This document shows positions 44,443 through 54,131 of a stretch of 64,000 bases of DNA, piece by piece. Position 1 is the stretch's first letter; every line of letters starts with the position of its first letter. Origin of the DNA: Penicillus capitatus (lineage: Eukaryota; Plantae; Chlorophyta); the NCBI GenBank assembly GCA_965649825.1, contig OZ287708.1:1-64000 (forward strand), read 5' to 3'. A program made the translations under genes and the position numbers. Below the pieces are notes generated by a model. That model was not told the DNA's origin. It searched no databases and saw nothing but the letters and a program-made list of their open reading frames with translations.

Positions 44443-47161
44443 CTAAGCAGACTTCGATTTCTGCGATCTACGAGACGGATCGGCAATCACAGGGATCCTG
44501 CCTTGCGGTTCCAATGAGACACGCGACGTCTCATTTCTTGAGGCCGCTCCGTTGTTGTTCTCTTCGAGCGGCTCTGTCGGTGGACGCTCAGCCTCGCGCC
44601 CGTGTTCATCTATGGTGTTCAGCGGCACGGTTTCTGGGTGCATTTGTGCCGCCTGCAGTGCGGTCTGCAGTTTCTTCTTGCTTCGTAGACGCGACAGGCG
44701 GAACTTCGAAACGCCGATGGCCACCGTCGCGGCCGTGGTGAGCCTGGTCTCGGCGGCGGAGTGATGAAAGGGATGAGAACCGTTTGCGATGTGCTGCAGG
44801 GCAGTCTTCCCTCTCCGATTGACGCCCTGTTTGCTCCGGCGGCGCTGCAAGTGCGGATCCGGGCCGCCGGTCCTGGACCTCTGGCGCAGCGCATCCGCCT
44901 CCGCCTTCATGTCGGCGGTCTCGATCAGCTCGCTCACGAAGCTCAGGAAGAACTCGCGTTCCTCCGACGTCGCCATCGCCAGCCACTGAGCGAGCGGCGC
45001 GTAGTCCCTCCAGTTCACCACGTGCATGAGAGGCAGCGGCTCGACCTTCTTCGAGAGGTAGAAGTTTCGGTAGAGATTCGTGGCGAAGTCGTTGAACGCG
45101 TCCCGACTGTCCTGATCGGCCACGGCGAGGAAATCGACCAGCTGGGGGAACTGGTCGACCAGTCTCCTCCAGAACCTAGCCACGGGATCCGTGGACAGGT
45201 ACGACGTCTCTGAGTTGTCCGCCACGTAGTCCTTGAGCATGTCGGTCAGGCGATCCCAGTCCTTGATGTGTTCCGGATTCCTCTGCAGGCAGCGGTAGAC
45301 GAACCCGGGCCTGAACTTGTCCAGAAGCTCGAAGCTGACGGTCTTGTCCGCGTCCCTCGACCGGACCGTCTCCAGCACGACCTGCGTGACGGCGTTGTTG
45401 ATGACGGTCGAGACCAGCTGCGATCCGATGCCGTCGCCTTCCTTCTTTCCGGCGAAGCACCGATGGCGCTTCTTCAGGGACACGGTGTAGCACTTGTTGG
45501 TGATCTCGGCGGCGAAGATCATGGCGAAGACGACGACCAGCATCAGAGACGTGATCAGGACCAGCCATTCGAGAATCTCCCGGTTCGCATCCGGAAGGTT
45601 CTCGCTGTAGAACATCAGTCCGCCGAACGCCTCGAACAGCAGCGCCACCAGCAGGAAACTGAAGAGGACGTCGAGGTAGGTGTTGACGTAGGGCGCCGTG
45701 TAGATGTGGACCATCAGAGAGGCGTTGATGATCACCGAGATCGCTCCCACCTGGAAGGCGGGATTGTTGACGTAGACCAGCACCAAGACGAAGAGCAGCT
45801 TTCTGAGGATGTCGATGGCCGGAGTGAAGTAGTAATCCAGCTCGTACTTCTCGTAGATGAATCCGTACCTGCGGAGCTGCACGGGATCCACGAAGCCGCC
45901 CTGGGAACGCAGACAGTAGAGCTTCCAGCCGACGAACGCCGGGTAGCCGACGACGAAGACGAGGATGCCCACGATTGCCAGGACGACGGTCTTCATGTGC
46001 TCCTCGTCGCAGACGACGCTCGGATCCGCCCGCAGCACGGAGACGGACGCGACGTTCGTGCACTTGAACACGTCGAAGCAGTACTTGGCGACGGTGATGT
46101 AGGTGGTGTCCACCGATGCCAGCAGCGTCGCGATGGTCGCGTCCCACTTCTGCACGAGCTGCGCGTCGTCCTCGGGGAGGTGCACGAAGAAAGACACCAG
46201 CCGCCTCTTCCGCCCCTCCAGTTTGACCCACCGGTGCTTGTGCAGCACGTAGGCGAGAGCCGATCCCAGATAGCCGCTGCAGCCCATGATCGTCATCAGG
46301 AAGGGAAGCCCCAGCTGCAGCAGGAATCTCTGCCTGAATCCCCACCGAGCGCTGCAGGACGGCTGCATGATGTCCACATCGAAGTCCAGAAGACTGGCCA
46401 GGCCGAACAGCGTGACCACCATGTCCGTCCACTTCAGGTGGATGTCGCCGATGACGTTGGCCAGCTGCGCCCAGTGCAGGACGATCTCGAGCGACGCCAC
46501 GTTTCGCGACACGACGACGTTGATCATGTACCACACCAGCAGCAGGAAGGTGAAGGCGGCTGCAACGCCTGCCGAGTTTCGGCACGGATAGCACTTCTGA
46601 ATGACGCGGAAGTAGCCGTCGGCGCACTCCGAACACAACCTACAGCGCGGATCCGGACGACGGACGGAAACCGTGTGCTGCCCCACCTGCCCATGTGCCC
46701 CTCCTGACAGTCTCTGCCCGGTCCTCCGACGCAGCTGCTGGGAGGATCGCAGCTGTACACTTCGTTTCGCTGGAGATCTCCGGTCCAGTAACCTTCCTGC
46801 GGAACCGGCAGCCGCATTCCGCCTTCGCACGTCGCTCCCTCGGGACACGGCTCGCACGCCGTGCCCGGTTTCGTCTGGCGGTTCACGTAACCCTGCCTGC
46901 ACACACATTCCTCTACGTCCCTGGCTCCGCGGACGGTTGTCGTCGTTCCCTCCGGACAAGGCCTGCACGCCTTCTGCGCCAGCTGATCCGACCACGTCCC
47001 GATCGGGCAGTTGTCGCAGTGATCGGCGTCGACCTGATCCGAAAACTCTCCCCGCGTGCAGGCCTCGCAGGGGTCGAACGGATCCGGGCCGACATACGAG
47101 CCTGGCATGCACTTCTCCCTGTAGCGGTTCCTCGCCGGATAGTTCAGCAACTCGGTGGCGT
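44443..47161 (-). pseudogene. Receptor-like gene copy 2, 3-prime part (Cys-rich repeats + ~9 TM + cytoplasmic tail), separated from its 5-prime part by LTR element 2
   Basis: Near-identical to positions 1-1830; intron 46640-46686; complete C-terminal ORF ending at 44443. Confidence 0.85.
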
Positions 47162-47547
47162 TGTCGCCAAGATCTGGCTTGGCGATGTGACTGCCCAGAG
47201 GGTCACATCGCTTAAAACGGAGAAAAACCCTGGGTCTGTGAACCTTTGTAAGCCTTTTGCGTTCTGCGTTACGTGCGTGTGTAAGCGAAATCCATCCTGG
47301 ATAACGACGAAGCGCAACCGCCTTCGCGTGCAGTTGTTCCTTACCCTCCTTTGTACCAAAACACGCCATATCTGTCGGCGCTAGCGTTCTTCAGACAAGC
47401 GGAACGTGGGAGCTCTGACGTGACCGAGTCCATAGCGCAGGACGGTACCCAAGTCGACGATCGACTGGTCCATCCTGTGGAGGCAGGACCAACCGACGCA
47501 GAAGCCGACGAAGAAGCACCACGAAGGGAATTATCCCAAGAGCGACA
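47162..47547 (+). repeat. 5-prime LTR of element 2
   Basis: Direct repeat of 52414-52799. Confidence 0.95.
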
Positions 47548-47593
47548 AGTGGTTTCGGAGCGAGGCTACGGCGAAGTAGAAGGGGTAGACAAG

Positions 47594-49411
47594 ATGCAGC
47601 AAAAAGCCTGGCTGTGTCTCTTTGCGTTGTTTTACCTTCTTGTCTCTGCGGCAATAATCGCGGGACACGCGGAGAATTCAACAGAGAAGGAAAGGTCGGA
47701 GAAGGAGCTCCAAGATGAGTTTAAGGAATCAGGGGCAACATTGGCTGACTTGTTACAAAGGATCAAAGCCTTAGAAAAGGAAGCGGCCGAGTTCAGGGCA
47801 GAAGCTCGGAGGGAGAGGGCCGCACGGATACAGCTGAATGAGGAGGTGCAAATACTTAGGAAGGAAAATGAGCGCCTTCGAGATCGGATGGAAGCGGAGA
47901 TTATTAACGAGGTGCTTGAGGAGGGGCAAAAATTACGTTTGGAGGCCACGAGGACATGGTGGGAGTGGCTGACGGGGACGGCTCCCCCGGGCGTGGAGGT
48001 GGAGAGAACGACCACGATCGAGGGTTGCCAAGATTTGAAGTGTTGCTTTGGAATGTGGTGGACGACCGTGGGAGAACTATTCCATCAAACAACGGATCTT
48101 ATTTATCGATTCGTGTGGGATCCATATGGCACTGGAGGCCACTGGGCATCGGGTCTGTTTAGCGCCGGCTTCTGGGGACCGGTGCTCGGAATAACGATCC
48201 TAGTGGTGGTGGTGAATCTCCTACTGCTGGCTGTCTTCCGAGCGGCTGATATATGGAAGGGAATGAAGGGGCTGGCCAGTAGGTTGGGAGGGCTGCCCAT
48301 GTTTAAGCTCGTGGGTATGGCCTTCTCGAAGCTGCGAAGGGGAGAGGGGCCAGAGGGGACCTCCCCTGAACTCCAGGAGATGCGAAGGACCGTAGAAAAG
48401 CTTCAGAAGACCGTGGAGACGAGTCAGCGGAAGGGAAAGGAGCAACGGGAGATGAGGGAGCTCCGTGGGCAGGTGGAGAACCTCATGGCCAAGTGCGAGC
48501 AACAGGCGCCTCCAGGAGAGGATGTGCAGACGAAGACCGTGAGAGAGATGCAGGCATTTTTCCAGCAGCAACTCGATCAGCTACGAAGGGAGTTCATACA
48601 TACGGGGAAGCAACCAGGACCTGCACCGATCCCGGTGGATATGTCTCCCCGTCGGAGGCAGAATCCTGGTTCAATGCCACCAGGGGGGAGGCAACGCTAC
48701 TGTGAGCGCTGCAAGAAATGGCATCCGGGACTTGAGTGCTGGGATTGCACCAAGTGCAGAACGTGTGGTGCAACAGGAATGTGCGAACACCGGGCAAAGA
48801 TCGTGGAGAACAACCGAAGACGATCCCCTACTCCCAGGCCGGAGAGGACGAGAGCTGTGGCGGTATGTGAGCGGGAGGAGTCTGAAGCGATGTGGGATTG
48901 GGACGCGAGGTTAGTGGAGGAGGCATCGCAAACGGGATCTTCAATCTCCTTCTCGACGAAAGGGGAGGGAAGTGGAGAACCGGGCACACAAGAGTCGGTC
49001 GTTGCGGTGGTGGACAAAGAGGCTAAGGGATACCGTCTGCGAGGACACTTGGCTGTGGGAGGAGGGGTAGCTCCTTGCACGTTCCTTATCGACACTGGCT
49101 CGGAAGTGAATTTGCTGAGTGAGAAGACGTGCACGCGCCTAGGAGTGGGTATTCAGTCGGCAGGACCTGACAAGCCAAACTTGGCAGGGGTGTCCGGAGA
49201 GCGGTTAGAGGTGACGGGGCAGGCGATCTTAGAGACTCGGTTTGGTCAAGAGGAGGGGAAGGCGATTCGTTATTGGGTCGCGAAGAACGTAAGAGACATA
49301 ATTGGGATTCCTGGAATAGGGCAGCTGGGGATTTCATTGACGAACCCGGGTCACATGGCAGTGTTTCCCTCGGGGCAGAAACTTTTTTGTCAGGTGGTGC
49401 AAAAAAACTAA
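47594..49411 (+). CDS. gag-pro: ORF1 of element 2: signal peptide - coiled coil - Trp-rich segment - TM - coiled coil - Cys/His Zn finger - aspartic protease
   Basis: MQQKAWLCLFALFYLLVSAAIIAGHA leader, TRTWWEWLTG, TM GPVLGITILVVVVNLLLLAVF, CERCKKWHPGLECWDCTKCRTCGATGMCEH, FLIDTGSEVN; ends VQKN* on A-AAA-AAC. Confidence 0.9.
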   Translation: MQQKAWLCLFALFYLLVSAAIIAGHAENSTEKERSEKELQDEFKESGATLADLLQRIKALEKEAAEFRAEARRERAARIQLNEEVQILRKENERLRDRMEAEIINEVLEEGQKLRLEATRTWWEWLTGTAPPGVEVERTTTIEGCQDLKCCFGMWWTTVGELFHQTTDLIYRFVWDPYGTGGHWASGLFSAGFWGPVLGITILVVVVNLLLLAVFRAADIWKGMKGLASRLGGLPMFKLVGMAFSKLRRGEGPEGTSPELQEMRRTVEKLQKTVETSQRKGKEQREMRELRGQVENLMAKCEQQAPPGEDVQTKTVREMQAFFQQQLDQLRREFIHTGKQPGPAPIPVDMSPRRRQNPGSMPPGGRQRYCERCKKWHPGLECWDCTKCRTCGATGMCEHRAKIVENNRRRSPTPRPERTRAVAVCEREESEAMWDWDARLVEEASQTGSSISFSTKGEGSGEPGTQESVVAVVDKEAKGYRLRGHLAVGGGVAPCTFLIDTGSEVNLLSEKTCTRLGVGIQSAGPDKPNLAGVSGERLEVTGQAILETRFGQEEGKAIRYWVAKNVRDIIGIPGIGQLGISLTNPGHMAVFPSGQKLFCQVVQKN

Positions 49412-49437
49412 AGGGCTCTCCCGCGCAGACGGGAGAG
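49402..49437 (+). promoter_or_regulatory. -1 ribosomal frameshift signal: A-AAA-AAC + 7-nt spacer + 8-bp hairpin
   Basis: Heptamer 49402-49408; CTCTCCCG-cgcaga-CGGGAGAG at 49416-49437; the -1 frame continues KKLKGSPAQ. Confidence 0.85.
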
Positions 49438-52383
49438 GGGGGTGGTACTTTGAAAAGGGATAAAAGAAAACAAAAAGAGGGGGAAATCAGCACGCTCTGT
49501 TGTAAGAGCGTTTCATTAAAGCAACTGTGGGTATATGAGCCGAAGTGGCGCATTTTATGCAGGGGGAACGTGCTGCAACTGCCATTGGGCAAGACCACAT
49601 ACATCCCACCCAGGGAATCAATGCGGGTTTGTTTGCCCTGGGAGGTCAGGGGCGCAGATTTGACCGGTTTTTTCTCTCTACTGCATCGTAAGGAGGTATC
49701 GGTATCAAGCCAGTTTAGCGCAAAGTCGGGACGGATCCATGTGTTGTTGCTTAATTTCGGATCGGAGGTGGCTGTCATAGCTGCCAAAACGTTTGTCCTG
49801 GGTGTGGGGTCGCAAGGGTCGTTCTTTCATGTGTGCACGGCCGATGGGCGAGAACATCAGTTGTCTAATGGTATGGGGGTTGAGTGTGGGGCGAAGGGAT
49901 GGGCGGTTGCGAGCGTTAGCTCGGAGCCAAAATTTTTTGCCCAGTTCCCTCAGTTGTTTTGTGAAGATACGTGTCGGATTCCGGAGCACATGCAAAGGTT
50001 TCGGGTCCGGAAGGACGACATTTCTTGGGTGGGGGACATGATCTATCGGGGGAAGTGTGCGGTCAATGTGGAAAATCTGGTCCCGGCGCGGGCCATAGAT
50101 GAGACGGTTGAATCGATGCTGCGTGATGGCTATGTGGAGGAGGTGGGGGACAGTTCGTCGCTCATGTTGCATCCGTTGATCTTCCTCCCGAAGCCAGACG
50201 GGCGTACGCGCTTAGTCATCGATTTACGACGTATCAATGGTCATACACGACACACGAGGGGGGGACTACCAGCGATACATACTGTGTTTCGCCAAGTGCC
50301 GACCACATGGCGTTTTTTTTGTAAAATTGATATTAAGAATGGTTACCATAGGGTACCAGTGGAACGTTCATTGGGGGATTTATTTGCATTTGGTATACGC
50401 CGCCGTTTCTTTCGATACAAGGTATTGCCTCAGGGATGGGCGGCTAGTCCGCATATTTTCCATGCTGTCATGATGGAAATATGCTCTGGCCATGAGGCAA
50501 TACATTATATTGATGACATAATACTGGGGGCGTCGACCCTAAATGAATTGACTGCGCGGGTTTCTGCTCTGTTAGCCACCCTACAGAAATACGGATTGCA
50601 GATACAGCAGAAGAAGTTTCTTTTTGGAAAGGAATCTGTAGAGTTCTTGGGTTTTGAGCTCCGGAGTGGGGGGCGTGTGAGTGCTGAAAGCTATTTACAG
50701 AAGCGAAGGGAGGCACTGGAAGGTCGAATAGAAACAAAAAGAGACCTGCAGAGTCTGCTGGGGACATTGAACGTCGCTCGGCACTTCGTACCAGGGCTCA
50801 GCCAAAAGACGGCTGGGTTGCAGAAGTTGTTGCTGGCTATGGCGAGCAGTAGCTTGGGGACGGAAGAAAAGGAGCAGGCTCACGAGTTGGCGAAGAAGGC
50901 CTGGGGGGAGGTGTTGGAATCCTGTGTAACAGTGCAGATGGCGATGCCAGAGAAGGCCAGATTTGAGTTGTACACGGATTGGTCAACGGAGGCGATGGGA
51001 TACGTCCTTTTTGCTGAAGGGGAGGACGGGCGTCATATCACAGACATCAACTCCACAAGGGCAGTCGAGCGGACAGCCGTGAGCAGCTTCCTGGGGGAGC
51101 TGCGGGGAATTGTGTGGGCACTGAAGAAGACGCGACATATCGTCTGGACCTCGGCAATCAAGGTCTGCTGTGACAATCAAGGCACAGTAGCTCGCTTGCA
51201 GAAGGGGGATGTCATGGGGGATGATGTTCGATGTTCTCGACTCATGGGATGGCTGTGGGGAAACTTCCCCCAAGTACAGTTTGAGTATGTACCTGGCGCA
51301 ATCAACCAAGTGGCAGATTACCTGAGTCGGAGAAAAGGCCAGCAGAAGGAGGGGAAGGTGGTAGGAGCAGTTATGCTTCAGCAGCGGCCTCTCGTTGACG
51401 TGGTAAGGAGCCGTCTGGAAAAGGCACATCAGGGTCACTGGCACGCAGAAAGGACGTGGCAACATCTGAAACGGGATGGCCCGGTTTGGCCGGGAGCAAG
51501 GAAGGAGGTGTTCCAGTATGTGGAGCAGTGCCCCAATTGCCAACATTTTCGTGGCTTAGAGCACCGGGAACCATGGACGGGGATGGAGATAACTCACCCA
51601 AACGATGTTGTTTTCGGAGATTTTCTGGGGCCTATTACTTTGAGTCGGGGGCGAGGAAAACGAGTCCTTCTGGTGTTGGTCGACGGTTTCAGTCGCATCA
51701 CGCACTTACACGTGGCTAAGACTCCCACGGAAAGAACGGTCCTGCGAGGATTGAAGCGATGGGAACAAGCTTTATCATGGAAACATGGACATATTCGTAT
51801 GTTCATGGCAGATAGAGGAGCGGCATTCATCGGCGGAGGGGTTCGAGCATTCTGTGAGGAGCATGGGATCAAGCAACGGTGGTCGCCAAGTCATGCACCT
51901 TGGTGCAATGGTGCAGCAGAGCGACAGGTGGGAAACGTGAAGACAAGATTGGCCAAGATACTCTGGAAGTCTGCCGAGGACATCTCTATCCATACGTTGG
52001 AGGAGATTTTGAACCAAGGGATTTGCGAGACCACGGGTTTCACACCCATGGAATTGTGCTGGGGAAGACGACGTGACGGCAGCTTGATGACGGACATGGA
52101 GTGGGAGCAGGCCATGCACCTCGCTCAACAGAAAAGAGCGGCTGGGCGACAGAGGGACAGGGAAGCATACCTTCGAAAATTTTCGAGCAAGCCGCCGCTA
52201 CAGACAGGACAATGGGTTCTGGCGTATGAACCTCATAGAAAGCGCCATGCACTCCATTCGCCGTGGACAGGTCCTCACCTAACTGCGGAGCCGCGGGGGT
52301 CGAGATTATGGATGGTGTGGAAAAATGGAAGTTCTCGAAGAGTGGGACCATTTCATGCAGAACATTTGCGGTTATATTGCTAG
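49402..52383 (+). CDS. pol: Pol of element 2 (-1 frame): dUTPase-like + RT + RNase H + integrase; intact
   Basis: PLIFLPKPDGRTRLVIDLRRIN, KIDIKNGYH, LPQG, YIDD, LYTDWS..EL..DN..NQVADYLSR, HQGHWH..CPNC, GDFLGP, ADRG, AAERQV, WTGPH. Confidence 0.95.
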   Translation, partial: KKLKGSPAQTGEGGGTLKRDKRKQKEGEISTLCCKSVSLKQLWVYEPKWRILCRGNVLQLPLGKTTYIPPRESMRVCLPWEVRGADLTGFFSLLHRKEVSVSSQFSAKSGRIHVLLLNFGSEVAVIAAKTFVLGVGSQGSFFHVCTADGREHQLSNGMGVECGAKGWAVASVSSEPKFFAQFPQLFCEDTCRIPEHMQRFRVRKDDISWVGDMIYRGKCAVNVENLVPARAIDETVESMLRDGYVEEVGDSSSLMLHPLIFLPKPDGRTRLVIDLRRINGHTRHTRGGLPAIHTVFRQVPTTWRFFCKIDIKNGYHRVPVERSLGDLFAFGIRRRFFRYKVLPQGWAASPHIFHAVMMEICSGHEAIHYIDDIILGASTLNELTARVSALLATLQKYGLQIQQKKFLFGKESVEFLGFELRSGGRVSAESYLQKRREALEGRIETKRDLQSLLGTLNVARHFVPGLSQKTAGLQKLLLAMASSSLGTEEKEQAHELAKKAWGEVLESCVTVQMAMPEKARFELYTDWSTEAMGYVLFAEGEDGRHITDINSTRAVERTAVSSFLGELRGIVWALKKTRHIVWTSAIKVCCDNQGTVARLQKGDVMGDDVRCSRLMGWLWGNFPQVQFEYVPGAINQVADYLSRRKGQQKEGKVVGAVMLQQRPLVDVVRSRLEKAHQGHWHAERTWQHLKRDGPVWPGARKEVFQYVEQCPNCQHFRGLEHREPWTGMEITHPNDVVFGDFLGPITLSRGRGKRVLLVLVDGFSRITHLHVAKTPTERTVLRGLKRWEQALSWKHGHIRMFMADRGAAFIGGGVRAFCEEHGIKQRWSPSHAPWCNGAAERQVGNVKTRLAKILWKSAEDISIHTLEEILNQGICETTGFTPMELCWGRRRDGSLMTDMEWEQAMHLAQQKRAAGRQRDREAYLRKFSSKPPLQTGQWVLAYEPHRKRHALHSPWTGPHLTAEPRGSRLWMVWKNGSSRRVGPFHAEHLRLYC

Positions 52384-52413
52384 GGTGATCGTCAGAGTTG
52401 GCGGGAAGCGTGG

Positions 52414-52799
52414 TGTCGCCAAGATCTGGCTTGGCGATGTGACTGCCCAGAGGGTCACATCGCTTAAAACGGAGAAAAACCCTGGGTCTGTGAACCTTTG
52501 TAAGCCTTTTGCGTTCTGCGTTACGTGCGTGTGTAAGCGAAATCCATCCTGGATAACGACGAAGCGCAACCGCCTTCGCGTGCAGTTGTTCCTTACCCTC
52601 CTTTGTACCAAAACACGCCATATCTGTCGGCGCTAGCGTTCTTCAGACAAGCGGAACGTGGGAGCTCTGACGTGACCGAGTCCATAGCGCAGGACGGTAC
52701 CCAAGTCGACGATCGACTGGTCCATCCTGTGGAGGCAGGACCAACCGACGCAGAAGCCGACGAAGAAGCACCACGAAGGGAATTATCCCAAGAGCGACA
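52414..52799 (+). repeat. 3-prime LTR of element 2
   Basis: Direct repeat of 47162-47547. Confidence 0.95.
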
Positions 52800-54131
52800 G
52801 GCGTGTCCGACCGGCAAGACGGGAACGATCTTTCGGCACGTCCTCCCGCTATCGTCCTCGGACACGACCACCTGCGTCGTCACCGGATCCAGGAGTACGT
52901 TGCGTCGATACTCGTTGAACTCGACGCCGCCGAAGAAGGTCTCCTCCATCTCCAGGGCGGCCAGAGCGTCGAGCACGCGTTGATATCCGTTGCCGCCCCC
53001 ATCTCCGTCGCACTGGATCGCGCTCTCGTCGTAAAGCAGCGCGTCGACGTCTCCCAGAGTCGCCGAGATATCGCAGTCGACGAAGGCCTCTCGAATGGCC
53101 TGCGTCAGCGTCAGCCCGACAGCAGAGGCTCCGGCCGCCACGTACGTCGGCGTCTGGCCGTCGAACCTCTCCCGGTATCTCTGCGCATAACCCTGCGCCG
53201 AACCGAAGAAGGCGTCCTGGTAGTTCAGTCCGTGGTGCCACTGCGCGGCGCTGAGCAGGTCGTCTGCCACATAGGGCGGCTCGAAGGCGTCCACCCATTC
53301 CTGCTTCGTCGGGCCCACCGTCAGGAAGAAGCCCTTCAGGGGATACCGGATCCGGTGAAAGGCTTCGACCAGAGCCTTGCCGTCGTCCGGAAAGACGCAC
53401 GCCACGACGACTTCGATCTCGTTGTCCCGGACATCTTTGGCGATCTCCAGAGCTGCGTCATCCGTCAGGGTCTGGTTGAAGGCGTACATCACGCGGATGC
53501 CGCTCTCCATCATCCACACGCCGTTCGAGTCACGGTAGAAACCGCTGGCCGCTTCGCACGTCGTGCGCGTGAACGGATCGTCCTGCTGGGAAACGAACAC
53601 CATGGTGCGGACGTCGGCCACTTGCATGGTCCGAATGACCAGCTTCGTGTACTGCAAGTTGGAGACCTGGATGCCGTAGACGGTGCGGTGATTCTGCCGG
53701 TAGAGGTAGTCGGGCCCAACACAGCAGTGGTAGTTCAGGACATCAGCTTCACTGGCCAGACGCATCTGCGTTTCGGCAAAGGCTGGATGGGACCCTCCGA
53801 GGAAGTGCACTCTCTCCTTTCCGATGAGCTTCTGCACTTGTCGCCGATGCAGCTCCGCATCGCTGCGGTCCTCGCGGGCGAGAAAACGGAACTGGAAATG
53901 GAATCCCCCTGTGGCGTTCTTTCCTTTGAGCCAGAATCCGCGGTTGTCGTTTTCCGCGTTGACGGTCTCGAAGTACAGCTGGTAGCCATTCCTCGCCTCG
54001 ACGAAGTCCCTCTTTGCGCCAATCGTGCTGAAGACGCCGCCGAAACGGAAGGCCGAATCGGCTGCGACGCCAATCGCGAACAGGAGACAGAGAAAAAGCT
54101 TCATGCAATAGCGCAGGGACAGGAAACGCAT
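52800..54131 (-). pseudogene. Receptor-like gene copy 2, 5-prime part (signal peptide + Venus flytrap domain)
   Basis: Near-identical to 1829-3160; breaks at VLPVGHA where element 2 inserted. Confidence 0.85.

Larger units (their letters stand above)
47162..52799 (+). mobile_element. LTR retrotransposon 2 (Ty3/gypsy order), intact and very recent
   Basis: 386-bp LTRs 47162-47547 and 52414-52799 with no difference seen. TGTCGC..GCGACA ends, 5-bp TSD GGCGT (47157-47161 / 52800-52804), PBS 47550-47565, purine-rich tract ~52400-52413. Confidence 0.97.

Noticed and set aside
47351-47593. 81-aa N-terminal extension of element 2 ORF1 (MYQNTPY...) and LTR-derived ORF ends (46524..47369, 52040..52621, 52603..52983)
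   Set aside because: These lie inside the LTR or PBS; the signal-peptide ATG at 47594 is the more plausible start.
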